A DNA stretch of 64,000 nucleotides. Origin: Chiloscyllium plagiosum. Its lineage: Eukaryota. The stretch is taken from positions 15,329,146 to 15,393,145 of the forward strand of contig NC_057720.1 in the NCBI RefSeq assembly GCF_004010195.1. The letters run 5' to 3'. Every line of letters starts with the position of its first letter. The first letter of the stretch is position 1. Below the pieces are notes generated by a model. The model had not been told where the DNA came from and ran no database searches. It saw nothing but the letters and a program-made list of their open reading frames with translations. Position numbers and translations under genes: made by a program. Of this stretch, positions 1 through 12,153 are shown one piece after another.

Positions 1-128
1 TGACCATTGTGAGTACCCAGTACTAGGGGATCAGTGAGTGAGTGACCATTGTGAGTACCCAGTACTAGGGGATCAGTGTGAGAGTGACCATTGTGAGTAC
101 CCAGTACTGAGGGGTTAGTCAGTCAGAG
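1..128. repeat. Minisatellite, ~42 bp unit, ~3 copies (cut by window start)
   Basis: TGACCATTGTGAGTACCCAGTACT starts at 1, 43 and 85. Confidence 0.9.
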
Positions 129-164
129 TCCACCAGGAAAATCCAGTGCTGAGGGATTAGGGCA

Positions 165-1645
165 GAGCAGTAGACGCTGTTTACTGAGACTTTAGTAAGG
201 CCTTCGACAATGTTCCACATGATAGACTAACTAATAAAGGTCAATCACATGGGATTCAGGGTGAGCTTGCCAATTTGATATATAATTGGCTTAACAGCAG
301 GAGATAGAGAGCAGTGGTGGAGAGTGCTTTTTGAACTGGAGGCCTGTGAACAGCAGTGTTCCACAGGGATCAATTTTGGGTCCTTTTCAGTTTGTCATTT
401 ATATGAATGATTTGGATGAGAATATAGAAGACATGGTTAGTAAGTTAATGGATGTCACCGAAATTGGTGGTACAGCAGACAGTGAAGAATGTTTTCTAAG
501 ATTACAAAGGGATCTTGATCAAATGGTCAATGAGCAGAAAAACAGTAGATGGAGTTCAATCTGGATAAATGCGAGGTATGGCATTTTGGGACAACAAACA
601 AGGGTAGGGCTTATACAATTAATGATAGAGCCTTGATAGTGTAGTTCAGGTACACAATTCTTTGAAGTCTGCATCACAGGGTGGTTAAAAAGGCGTTTAG
701 CATGCTTGCCTTCATTGCTCAGTCCTTTAAGTATAGGAGTTGGAAGTCATGTTGAGGTTGTACAGGACATTGGTGAGGTCTCTACAGGAATACTGTGTCC
801 AGTTCTGGTCCCCTAGTTATAGGAAAGATATTATTAAATGGTTAGCACTGCTGCCTCACAGCTCCAGGGGCCTGGGTTCGATTCCAGCCTCGGGTGACTG
901 TCTGTGTGGAGTTTGCACATTCTCCCCGTCCCTGCATGGGTTTCCTCTGGGTGCTCCGGTTTCCTCCCACAATCCAAAGATGTGCAGGTCAGGTGAATTG
1001 GACATGCGAAATTGCCCAGAGTGGTAGGTTAGGTGCGTTAGTCAGGGGTAAATGTCGAGTAATAGGGGAATTGGTCTGGGCAGGATACTCTTCAGAGGGT
1101 CGGTGTGGACTTGCTACACTGAAGGGCCTGTTTTCATACTGTCGGGATTCTATGATTCTATAAGCTGGAGAGGGTTCAGAAGACATTTTCCAGGATGTTG
1201 TTGGGTATGGAAGGTTTGAATAATAAAGAAAGACTAAATAGGTTGGGACCTTTTTCACTGGAGCGTAGGAGGTTGAGAGGCAACCGTATAGAAGTTCATA
1301 AAATAATGAGGGGTATAGATAGAGTTAATGGTAGTTGTCTTTGCCCTGGGATGGGGGATTTCAAGACCAGGGGACACATTTTTTAAGTTGAGACGAGTAA
1401 AGATTTAAAAAAGATATGAGGGGCAATTTCTTTACACAGAGGGTGGTTTGCATGGGGTATGCACTTTCTGAGGAGGTGGGTACAATAATGATGTTTAAAA
1501 GTCATTGGATAAGTACATGAATAGGAAAGGTCCGGATGGATGTGGGCCAGGAGCAGGCAGGTGGAACTGGTTTAGTTTGGGAATGTGGTCGGCATGGACT
1601 GGTTGGACCGAAGGGTCTGTTTCCGTGCTGTATGACTCTATGAGT
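165..1645 (+). mobile_element. CR1 (HER1-like) LINE, 5'-truncated, decayed RT to 3' UTR, interrupted by an HE1 SINE
   Basis: Peptides DFSKAFD.VPH, SSVPQGSILGP, IYMNDL, LYRTLVR..EYCVQFWSP, SLERRRLRG; 3' end GGACCGAAGGGTCTGTTTCCGTGCTGTATGACTCTATGA. Confidence 0.92.
838..1160 (+). mobile_element. HE1-type tRNA-derived V-SINE nested in CR1
   Basis: TGGTTAGCACTGCTGCCTCACAGC, B box GGTTCGATTCC, V-domain GTGGAGTTTGCACATTCTCCCCG, CR1-like tail; CR1 resumes at 1161. Confidence 0.92.
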
Positions 1646-1649
1646 CTAC

Positions 1650-1725
1650 TCACGGTTCTGAGCCAGAATCTTCCAGGTTCAAGTCCCATTCTTAACCACA
1701 AAAATCAAAGCTGACACCCTTGTCC
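1650..1725 (+). mobile_element. Head fragment of a DeuSINE (SacSINE1-like)
   Basis: TCTGAGCCAGAA..GGTTCAAGTCCCA..AAAATCAAAGCTGACAC resembles the tRNA-like head of this family. Confidence 0.45.
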
Positions 1726-2004
1726 AAGAAAGAAAAATTCTAAATGGAGCACAGGAAACATTTTATTAACTTGTACCTGTGGGACCAGGAATATGCCGAT
1801 TGATCAAATAATATGGAGGTAACACAATGTGTGTTAGTCCGATAGAAAAGTTATAAGGTTTTGACATGTTTTGAGTTCAATATGGAAATGAAGAAGAGTC
1901 CTTTGGATTTGGAATGTTAACTCTGTTTTTCTCTGCATAGATGCTGTCAGGCCTGTTGAGTTGTTCAGCACTTCTGACTTTATCTCTCCTGCTTCTTTGT
2001 CCTA

Positions 2005-2560
2005 CATTACGGTTACTCTTAGGAGGTCCAACAACGATTCCCACTAATGACCTCTTTTCCTCACTATTCCTCATGGCTAACCAAACAGATCCCACATCTT
2101 AATCACCCCAAACTATTGCATAAATGCCATCCGTGATTAACAATACAATTGCTCCGTCTTTCTCTCACTTTCTATTCCTTTTGAATACCATCTACTCTCA
2201 ATATTCACGACCCAGTCCTTGTCATCCTGCAGCCCTGGCTCCGTGATGGCTAGAAGATCATAATTATTTACTTTATTGTGTGCTATCGGTTTGAATACTT
2301 TTTAATGAATACTATGTAGGAGGTTGAGAGGCAACCGTATAGAAGTTTATAAAATAATGATACAGATACAGAGTCTTTAGTTTTGTCTTTTTGTTATCTT
2401 TGTATCACCTCGTCTAGATTGTTGGTGTATTCTTAGGCTTATTCTCTCTGGCCTTATTTTCCCATATCACCATGTTTCTTTCTTACCCTTTCTTTACTGT
2501 TTGATAAGACTCATCACTCTAGTTGTGATCTCTTACCCTCACTATTTAGTTTAAAGGCTC
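2005..2560 (-). mobile_element. Old CR1 fragment (endonuclease start and upstream region)
   Basis: Minus-strand peptide SVWLAMRNSEEKRSLVGIV..PP resembles the CR1 APE domain. Confidence 0.55.
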
Positions 2561-2755
2561 AGTTTCCTATGAATGCCGCTTCTTGGCAGTGTTGAGCAGA
2601 AAGAGAACTGGCAAAATTCTCAAGCAACCGAAGCTGCTCACTCAATGGTTTAATGATCCAGGCTGAGGGTATGACTAAAAAATCCATTCTGGAATTAAAT
2701 CTGGCTCGACAGATTACATTTTTTTTGTAATTTACTGCAGCAGTCTTTCACTGAA

Positions 2756-2926
2756 AGAAGTGAGGACTGCAGATGCTGGAGAGACTGAGTCAAACAGTGT
2801 GGTGCTACAAACGCACAGCAGGTCAAGTAGCATCCAAGGAGCAGGAGAGTCAACATTTTGGGCAAAAACTTATGTCTGAATCTCTCCTCTCCTTGCTGTG
2901 CTTTTCCAGCACCACACCTTTTGACT
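2756..2926. mobile_element. Fold-back PLE-derived element (family 1), decayed, 15 bp TSD
   Basis: TSD CAGTCTTTCACTGAA at 2741-2755 and 2927-2941; inverted arms AGTCAAACAGTGTGGTGCT..CACAGCA / TGCTGTG..AGCACCACACCTTTTGACT. Confidence 0.85.
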
Positions 2927-4045
2927 CAGTCTTTCACTGAAGCATAACCTCGTGTGGCTGCAGATTTAATTTAACGATAAAACAGAAGTGTAATCTGCAA
3001 AATAAAGAAAAACAAAACAAAAAAAAAACAAGTTATCTACATATAACACAGTTTAAAGAATTCAAGCGCCCAGCAAAATAAAATCCCAACTACTCACCAA
3101 CAACCTGGGACTAGAGTTAATCTAAATCTAGAAGGTTTTGCCTTCCCTGTCCAATCAATAGGTTGAACTAACTACTTCTTCTCAGTTCTAGTTCTGCGAG
3201 CTGTGAGGCAATTTCCCTTGAAATTTCACACCATTGAGAGCTTAGACTTTCTCAACTTTTAATAATCTTCCGAGACCTAACCCAACATTCCTGATTTGGA
3301 GATTTCACAAACTACAACCCTTACACTGAGGCAATTTATTCCATTAACTGCTCTGAACAATACCTTTTATTAGGACACAATATAGTTGCTTCTGAGCCAG
3401 TTAGGTCTCTTTCAAACTGGACTCAAATGTTGTTCACCCAAATCTATAAAATGTCTGCTCATCCCCAATTCTGCGAACTTAATAGTTTTCTCTCTCTGGT
3501 CATAAACCCCCACAGTATAAACAAACTTCCATTAACACTCCAGGAGATACAAATTTGTTTAAAATCATAGCTCTGGAAAGATTGATCTAGTTAAAGTTAA
3601 AATCCCTTCAGGACAATATATACATGCACATATATAAAGGGAGATACTGAAGTTGGCATTGAGGCATTCAATATGGCATTAAATGATTGATGTAGATAAA
3701 AATAGTTTGCAAGGATATGGGGAAAAAGGTAAAGATGAAACTAGGTAAAGATGATAATTTAATGAGCCAGTGCTGGTACAATGGGCCAAATGGTCACCTT
3801 CTGCATTGTAACACTTCTGTGAAATCACACACCTTTCATTACAATGGCTCTGCCGAGATGTCAAATAAAGTTTCCTACAAGATAGAATTAAAATATGTTT
3901 AACTTATTCAGCAGTCTCTCTCTCTTGCTCTCTCTCTCTCTGCTCCCCCCACCCCACCTCCCCCACCCCCCCCCCCACTCCCCCATGGCCTCCCAATCTA
4001 TTCACAGTTTCCCCAAACTAAGCAGATGCTGGCCCACAGTGCAAG

Positions 4046-4157
4046 CCACCCACCCCCTGCTCCTGGTACAACCCTCCCACTCACCCCCTGCTCCTGGTAC
4101 AAGTCTCCCACCCATCCCCTGCTCCTGCTACAAACCTCCCACCCACCCCTTGCTCCT
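4046..4157. repeat. C-rich minisatellite, 31 bp unit, ~3.6 copies, ending at NN
   Basis: CCACCCACCCCCTGCTCCTGGTACAA.. at 4046, 4077, 4108 and 4139; NN at 4158-4159. Confidence 0.85.
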
Positions 4158-4596
4158 NNCCGCATCCCCACCCCCCCCCCCACAACACCGCTCTCAGCCT
4201 CTGCTCCTATTCCTAGCAGAGCCCTATCCTCTGTCTCACTACTGGATTACTCGTCAATGACATATGCACTGATAATGATGTTGCAGTGGACAGAACACAG
4301 TGATTGTCATCAGCACATGCGGAGATGTTTCCTAAGCCCTGTCCCATCCTGTCACAATCTGCTGACAGCACTGGCTGTATCTGCATGCGCAGTGTCATGT
4401 TATGTTTTGAGAATTACTCTGTAGTTCAAACCCCTCTTTATTTCTTTGGTTTTGTGCTTTGCACGAATGCTGGACCCAGCATGATTCAGTTACAGACCAT
4501 CCCAATGATACATGACTTGACGTTCCGAATACTGGTGCCAGTGCCCCAAGAACTACATCTGAGCCACATATCCATCTCCCTAATTTTAATCATTAT

Positions 4597-4750
4597 GTAG
4601 AGGTTCTGGTGTTGGACTGGGCTAGACAAAGTTAAAAAACACAGAATTCCAGGTGATAGTCCAATAGGTTTACAGCAGCTGTCCGAAAGCTAACACTTCC
4701 AAATAAACCTGTTGGACTATCACCTGGTGTTATGTGATTTTTAAATTTTA
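4597..4750. mobile_element. Fold-back PLE-derived element (family 2), decayed
   Basis: GGTGTTGGACTGG..AAAGTTAAAAA..CCAGGTGATAGTCCAA followed by the inverted TTGGACTATCACCTGG..TTTTTAA; partial CCGAAAGCTA. Confidence 0.75.
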
Positions 4751-4987
4751 AGCACCCTGTGGCAATCTGCCTCCAGGTCAGATAATAACTTCTGCACTTC
4801 CCTCTGTACTCATTTGAGGACATGTGACAATAGAGCTCATTCTCATTCTAATAATCAGAAATTATAACTTTTGAGGTTCTGTGTTCTAATTTAGTATCTA
4901 TCTCCTCGTACTATCTATGCACTTCTATGTATGTTGTTGGTAGCGACATGGGTTATAACAACTAAATCTTCCATCTCTCACTGCAAA

Positions 4988-5780
4988 AGGATATAGACAG
5001 GTGGGTGGACAAAGATTTGTCAAATGGTGTATAATGTGGAAAATGCGATACTGGCTATTTTGCAGGAAGATTAAAAATAATGCAAATTATTTAAATTGTG
5101 AGAGATTGCAGAGGTCTGGGATGCAGAGGGATCTGGGTGACCAAGCGCAAGATATGCAAATGGTTAGGATGCATTAGGAAGGCAAATAGAATTTTTTAAT
5201 TGTGTAGCCAATTTAATATAGAAGTAGGGAAGTTATGCGTGGCTTTTACAGAGAAAAGATGACACTGCATCTGGAAGACAGTGTGCAGCATTGGCCTCCC
5301 TACATAAGGAAGAATGTAGGTGCATTGAAGTAATTCAGAGACGTTTTCCTACACTAATGCTTGGGAAAGGTTGGACAGGAGAGGCTGGTATCTGTTAGTA
5401 GAGTTAAAGGTGACTTGATTGAAACACATAATGATACTAAGGGGACTTGACAGGGTGCATGTGGTAATAATGTTGACTCTGGTTGGAGAATCTACAACTC
5501 AGCTTCAGTGCTTAAAAATTAGGGGTCACCTATTTAAGACAAAGATTAGAAGAAACATTTTCTGGCTGATGTTGTGAGTCTTTGGAACTGTCTTCCTGAA
5601 AAGATAGTGGTGGCAGAGTCTCTCATTATTTTTAAGACAAGATTAGTTGGATTTTTGCTGAACGAAGGAGAAAAGGTTTATCATGGGTAAGCAGGAAGGT
5701 GGAACTGAGGTTAAAATCAAATCAGCCATAATTTTACTGAAGGGTGGAGCAGGGTGAAAGAACTGATTGGCTCTTAATTA
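4988..5780 (+). mobile_element. Old CR1 LINE 3' portion
   Basis: Decayed QRDLG, LYR..LE..VQ.W, FSG.VVSLWN motifs; 3' UTR ATCAGCCAT. Confidence 0.75.
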
Positions 5781-5789
5781 ATATGGATG

Positions 5790-6640
5790 TGGCACAAGAC
5801 TGAGAGAAGACTGCACTGTCAGAAGTGCCATTTGTCTTGGATATGGTATTAACCTCAGGCCCTGGGTGCACTCTCAATTCTAAATATTCCGTGGTGCTAT
5901 TTTGAAGGAGAGAAGGGATATTAATCCCGATATCCTGGATAACAATTACCTTTCGGTCAACATCACAAGAAGAGATAACCTGATTGCTATTACATTGCTT
6001 TTTTGGGAGCTTGCTGTGCACAAATTAACTGCCACATTTTCTGCAGGTCATACAGTCATAGAGTCATAGAGATGTATAGCATGGAAACAGACCCTTTGGC
6101 CCAATTCATCCATACCGACCAGATATTCCAACCTAATCTTGTCCCATTTGCTAGCACTTGGCCTATATTCCTCTGAGCCCTTCCTATCCATATACCCATC
6201 CAGATGCCTTTTAAATGTTGTAATGGTACCAGCCTCCACTACTTCCTCTGGCAGCTCATGCCATACACGCACCATCCTCGGCGTGAAAATGTTGCTCTTT
6301 AGGTCCCTTTTATATCTTTCCCCTCTCACTCTAAACCTATGCCCTTTAGTTCTGGACTCCCACATCCCAGGGAAAGGACCTTGTCCTGTTTATCCTATCC
6401 ATGCTCCTCATGATTTTGTAAACTTCTATAAGGTCACTCCTCATCCTCCGATGCTCCAGGGAAAACAGCCCTAGCCTATTCAGCCTTTCCCTATAGCTCA
6501 AACCCTCCAACCCTGGCAACACTCTTGTAAGTCTTTCCTGAACCCTTTCAAGTTTCACAATATCCTTCCGATGGGAACCATAAAGCTTTGAGCCATCTGC
6601 TGGACATAGAAGATGCTACATAAATGCAAGCCTTTATTTG
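5790..6640 (+). mobile_element. DeuSINE (SacSINE1/AmnSINE1-like), split by a CR1 insertion
   Basis: CTGCACTGTCAGAAGTGCC, GCTATTTTGAAGGAGAG, GGGAGCTTGCTGTGCACAAATTAACTGCC; tail GCTACATAAATGCAAG resumes after 6575. Confidence 0.7.
6048..6570 (-). mobile_element. CR1 LINE 3' end
   Basis: KLERVQERLTRVLPGL..LGLFSLEHRR and F..RMVRVW..LPEEVVEA; tail (CTATGACT)n. Confidence 0.92.
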
Positions 6641-7419
6641 CTTTCTATTTGTTTGCAATATTCACTTCAATTCACCTCACTTGTTGTGACTGGTTGATGA
6701 ATAGGCTATGCAGTATACATTAAACTGCCTTGCTCACTCTGTTGGGCTGAAAACAGACAGACAATGCGTGGAACTCACAGGCACAAATAAAGCTGTTGCC
6801 ATGTAACGACAAAGAGTTGCTGAAGTTTGATTGAAAGCTTCTTCCAACTCATGATGAGAATGGCTTTGGAGTCTAGGAGCTCATTTATGAAGAAATTTAA
6901 TAGTTGTTTCTTATTCCTTTGTGTTCTTATTTACTTACCGATCAATATAGACTGTAACATTGATTTTTTTTCCTCCCCTCCTAGCCATTCGGTTATGCTG
7001 GTTGTCAAGAGATACAGAGATGCAATACTTGTTTCGCTCAGTAGAAAATAAAGCACTTGCTACAAATATCTTGCAAATTCTAACTGAAGCTTGTGCTTCT
7101 AAATGTGCCACCATTTTCAAAGTCATGAGCAGGAGGTTTTTTCTGAGAGATGTTCGTCTCACCTGCTGCCCAGTTCGAACACAGACACAGACGAACATAG
7201 CGTTTCGACCTAATTTACCTGATTTTTTCAGAACCAACCGGCATTAATCTTTACCATTAGACTTGAGACACGGGCTGAGTCCACCAGAGATCTGTACTAC
7301 AAACTGTGGAGCACAATAGCATGGATGCTAGTAATTGCAATATAGTCAGAACTTTGCACTATTTTACGTACTTATGAATTCATGACTATTTTTCTTCCAA
7401 GGATAGTCACCTTGAGGAT

Positions 7420-7700
7420 GGTCTGTTCTCTTTGACAGGATTTCTGCTTTTCACCTCTAACTTCACTGGTTTTGACTTCCCATTTCCTATTAGGCATCTG
7501 TGGAAGCTTGCTTTCACACATCTTGCCTTAGCTCCTGTCCTCCACACACCCTTGCCTTTTGTTCTTTTTCCATCTTCCCCTATGACATTCCCAAACTTTC
7601 CTCAGTTCTGGTGAAAGGTCGTTAACATTAACTGTATTTCACTTTCCGCAGATGCTGCCTGACCTACTCAGTATTGCCAACAATTCTGGTTTCTACTGCG
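7420..7700 (+). mobile_element. Old PLE 3'/pLTR remnant
   Basis: Pyrimidine-rich tract, degenerate CAGTTCTGGTGAAAGGTC, then CAGATGCTGCCTGACCTACTCAGTATTGCCAAC. Confidence 0.5.
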
Positions 7701-7912
7701 CACATCACAAATCTGGGCATCAGTATCTTTGTCATCCTTACAATTTCCTCTCCATTTAAAATAAAAATTGTATTAAAAAATGTACCCAGTGCCTGAAATG
7801 CAAGCTCAACACTCTGAAGAACTGAGTAGATAAACAGAATTGTGAACAGCCAGGATTCAGGTTTCTGATACATTGCTTTGTATCGCTCTCGATGAGATAG
7901 ACTTAGAGGGCT

Positions 7913-8242
7913 TTTTTATTCATTCATGGAATGAGGGCATTGCCAGCTTGGCCAGCATTTATTACCCCTCCCTAATTTTCAAGAGAGCAGTTAAGAGTCA
8001 ACCACATTGCTGTGGGGTTGGAGTAACATGTAGGCCAGACTGGCAGTTTCCTTCCTTAAAGGACATTAGTGAACCAGTTTTTCACCAATCGACAATCAAT
8101 TCATGGTCATCATTAGATTCGTAATTCCAGTTTTTAAAAAAAATGAATTCAAATTCCACCATGGTGGATTGGAACCTCAGTCCCAAGAACATTCCCTGGG
8201 TCTCTGGATTCACAGTGCAATACCACTAGGCCATCCCCTCTC
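7913..8242 (-). mobile_element. tRNA-derived SINE family B (tail shared with the LINE at 52108)
   Basis: Minus strand: A box TGGCCTAGTGG, B box GGTTCCAATCC, body CCCACAGCAATGTGGTTGACTCTTAACTGC, tail AATAAATGCTGGCC..ATGAATGAATAAAAA. Confidence 0.8.
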
Positions 8243-8904
8243 TCCTTGTTTCTACCTCTGCAGACACTTGTTAAAGAATGTCATTGTGGAATAGGCCTGA
8301 TCTTCTCATTTGAGCCCTTTGTGAGTTGTCGGAGGTGGGCTGCATTCATCATAGACTGAAGCTTCTTCCTTTATTCATTGCCTCACTTCTAAGCCTCAAA
8401 CAATTGTTTACTGACCTGAAGATTATGTACGAAGTCACTGCTGGCAATTTGAAAAATGGTCACAACGGCATTGGATGTGCTACTTTCGAGCTTTAATTTT
8501 GCAAAGTGGATGGCTTGTGCTGAGGTAGTACTCTGCTTAGCTTCCACCATCACAAACATTCATTGGGTGTTTATTTGTAATCTCCTTGATAAGGGTCAGC
8601 GACTGAAGTGAACAAAGAGTGGCTTCCAAAAATCTTGTCAAACCTGCTGTCACTGCCCTTTAGTCTGAACCACATTCAATAAACAAAAAGATCACAGTAA
8701 ATATATCGATTAAGTCAGTCCACATGTTTGATGTTCAGTTATAAAAGCATGTTGCATGAAAGAGGCCATTAAACCCATCATTTTTGTACTGACTCTTGGA
8801 ATAATCCATTTTGTCTCACTTTCCTCATGGCTTTGCATTCTATTTTGTTTTCACATAATTATCCAATTCTCTCTGAAATTATTATTGAATCTACATTTTA
8901 CAAA

Positions 8905-9400
8905 GTTATTTGTGGCTTGGCAGCATTGCAAGGAAAGCCATCAATGATTGCCCTTCACTAAATGAGCTGCCCTCTTGATCTGCCGCAGTCCACGTGCTGT
9001 GCGTAAACCTTTAGGGAGAAATTCCCAGGATTTTGACCCAGGATCACTGAAAGGAAAGGTGATGTATTGTCACATCTGAATAGTGAGTGGCTTGGAGGGG
9101 AACCTGCAGGTGGTGTTATTATCTAGCTGCTGTCCTGACATGCCAAGTGGTAAAGTTTGTAGGTTGAAAGATGCTGATGAAGGAGGCATGGTATGTGGCA
9201 GCAGTGTATAATCTAATTGGTCCACATTGTTGTTGGAGGGAATGAGGTGGGAGTAGGAGAGTGAATCAAGTTTACTTGGATGAGAGCTTTTTGAATGGCT
9301 TGAGAATTACCCTCACTAAGGCAAGTTGAATCACTCTCCTAACATACACTCATAAATGGTGGATAGCATTGTGGTGGTCAGAAGGTGATTTACCACTAGA
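8905..9400 (-). mobile_element. Decayed 3' end of a CR1/L2-group LINE (same family as 52108-52748)
   Basis: Reverse complement resembles the 3' region of the 52 kb element (CCCTCCAAGCCACTCACTATTCAGA, AGCAGCTAGAT). Confidence 0.6.
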
Positions 9401-10334
9401 CCGGCCTCTCAGGCCGTGCGTCCCAGATCAAAACAGCTCACTTCAGTAACAAAAATGTCCATGGGTGTTCCCACCTGTCAGAACCTCTGATGCCTTATAT
9501 GCTGTTTTGTTGAGTTTTAACATTTAACAATTACTGCTTTAAGTATTTCAGAAAATGCTGGGTTTCTTGGTTTGTAGCTTTGGTTCCAGTCCAACTCACC
9601 TTACACAAAACCTATTGGCACCAGGGTCCTGCACTTCAGACTTCAATCAGGAGACTTTTAAATTATCACATAATCTTTTTAACAGAGCAAGATTGTTCAA
9701 TACGTGATTGAGATCCCTGTTTCCTCAACTTTCTCTGTGGAAATGCTCAGTTTCCAGAAATAGACCACAAGATACTAAATGCTCTGGGAGCTTTAAAACT
9801 CAATCCCAGTTTTATAGCATTACAGGTTTTCTGAATCCCATTGAAATTGACACTAAGTACTGGAGTTCACTACTTGCAGTCCAATTGGCTGCACTTATAG
9901 GTTAATTACAACTGCACCGATTTGTAGTCGCACCAAATAAACGTATTATAACAGAGCTTCAGTCTGTCACTATCCACAATTTAGGAAAATAAAAGCATTA
10001 GCGATCTTTAAATACTTCTTTGTTGGGCCACCACAAAGTTTAACATCAGGAATATTTTTTTGAAAGGTAAATTTTAAAAATGTAGTGTGTTGACAATTAT
10101 GAGTTACACAGGTCTCAAGGAAACGGAGGCTTGAGAAAATTATATTGTCTAATTATAAAATATCAGTAATACTTTAAATTTATTCTGATTTTCCAAACAA
10201 TGGATTGAAATGCATTATAGTTTAAAACAAGACTTCTTTATACACTGCTATTAATGTCAAAGAGTCAACTGCATGGAGGTAGTCTATGTTGGCGAAGTAA
10301 GGTTTTGAAGCTCTGTGCTGTGCCCCTTGCAAGG

Positions 10335-11462
10335 AAAGGCTGCCAGCATTCTCAAAGATCCATCCCACCCTGGCAATGTCTTTCTACAACCTACCATCGG
10401 GGAGAAGGTACAGAAGCCTGAACACAGGCACCAGCTGGTTTCGAAACAGTTTCTGCCCTACTGTTGTTAGAATTCCCTGTTCAAAAAAGGGAATAGGGAT
10501 AACCCCGGGAATTACAGGCCTGTTAGTCTTACTTCTGTTTACCTATCATTTACTTATCTATGCTACTTAACTCTGTGACCTGCCTGTATTGCTCGCAAGA
10601 CAAAGCTTTTCACTGTGCATCAGTACACGTGACAATAAATTCAATTCAGTTCAATTGCTGTGGGTGACACTTACCTGAGCCCCATGCTGAGCCTGCACTA
10701 CATGAGGGCTGCTGTCAAGCTTTTTATTAGCCAACTTAATATTTTCGTATGTGGCTCAATGTCATGTTTGTTTTAAAATGGTCCCATTAAATGCCTAAGG
10801 ATGTTATGTTAAAGGAGCTTTATAAATTATTATTATTGTTAGTATTTCATGATTTTGCTGCTCCTATAAAAGCATTTCTCACAGTTTGTCCAGCTATTGT
10901 AGCATTGTGTTACATCTGATCTAAAAGCCAATGCAAAAAGTTGGCAAGATCAAAATTTGGTATTTGTAGGTTGGTAGGAAAGGAAGGTTATATAATAAGT
11001 CTGCTAGTTCAGTCAGATAGTTTGTAATTCATTAATAAGGGGACATAAATTTAAGGTGAAGGGTGGAAGGTATAGGGGAGATGTCAGGGGTGGGTTCTTT
11101 ACCCAGAGAGTGGTGGGGGCATGGAATGCGCTGCCTGTGGGTGTGGTAGAGTCGGAATCATTGGCGACCTTTAAGCGGCATTTGGATAGGTACATGGATG
11201 GGTACTTAATCTAGGTTAGAAGTTCGGCACAACATCGTGGGCCGAAGGGCCTGTTCTGTGCTGTATTGTTCTATGTTCTAATACTGAATGGACTCACACA
11301 CTCTTAACATTCGTCTGTACCTGTGTTTTTTGTTTTTGCTGTGTTAACCTATTATTTACTATTTAAGCTACTTAACTCTGTGACCTGCCTATATTGCTCA
11401 CAAGACAAAGCTTTTCACTGTGCCTCAGTACACGTGACAATAAATTCAATTCAATTCAATTG
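10335..11462 (+). mobile_element. Rex1/Babar LINE 3' end, split by a composite insertion at 10475-11279
   Basis: AASILKDPSHPG..LPSGRRYRSLNTGTSWFRNSFCPTVVRI ends at ~10474 and continues as (I)LNG at 11281; tail (ATTCA)n at ~11445-11460. Confidence 0.8.
11013..11279 (+). mobile_element. Well-preserved CR1 3' end
   Basis: RGHKFKVKGGRYRGDVRGGFFTQRVVGAWNALP; tail TATTGTTCTATGTTCTA. Confidence 0.9.
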
Positions 11463-11990
11463 CTGTGGGTGACACTTACCTGAGCCCCATGCTGAGCCTG
11501 CACTACATGAGGGCTGCTGAGCAGAGATTAGGCACCTCCCATGCAGACAGAGGGAATTATTTGAAGGAGAGGTGCCACCAGGCAGCTCTCTCCTCATGGT
11601 CCTCTCTGGGCACTACTGGCAGAGGTCCGGGAGTACATTAGCAGCCTTGTTTCTTGGCCACAGGATACATATGGACTAGGGTAAAGATTAAAGTTTGCAA
11701 ACTGATACCGATTTTCAACTTAATTCTTTTTTATTTCGTCAAGTTTTTCAACAGGTGGCAGATATAAAAACAGAAACTTTAATGACGTTGTGTGGCTTTT
11801 GATCTTGAGCAATAGCATAAAGTGGAATGACTTGGAGGCATCTCTCAAATGTACGTGGCTTCACTCCCACTTCATTAATTGGGAGTTACAGCACTGTAAA
11901 TGTGCATAAATTCTACAAATACCGAGGATACATCTTTGTTGATTTCTGATTAATCATCAGAAGGTTACCATTACACTGAGCAATACCAAG

Positions 11991-12153
11991 GTCTAGATCA
12001 GAGTGGTGCTGGAAAAGCACAGCAGGTCAAGCAGCATCCAAGGAGCAGGAAAATCGACATTTCGGGCAAAAGCCCTTCATCAAGAATGAAGGCAGGGAGC
12101 CTCCGGGGTGGAGAGATAAATGGGAGGGTGATGGGGCGGGGGAGAGGGTAGCA
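11991..12153 (-). mobile_element. PLE pLTR fragment (family 1) with 9 bp TSD
   Basis: AATACCAAG at 11982-11990 and 12154-12162; hammerhead-like core on minus strand at ~12055-12085. Confidence 0.8.

Noticed and set aside
1..128. Regularly spaced repeats as a CRISPR array
   Set aside because: The units are contiguous near-identical 42-mers with no unique spacers, in a eukaryotic context with no cas genes
2953..3615. Possible solo LTR (TG...CA)
   Set aside because: No TSD, second copy or PBS was visible
3895..4424. Pro-rich ORFs
   Set aside because: They arise from (CT)n, poly-C and the 31 bp minisatellite, and span NN bases
8416..8520. Minus-strand exon candidate (CAG|GTCAGT donor, 35 open codons)
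   Set aside because: The acceptor is weak, the opposite strand is equally open, and the length is within chance
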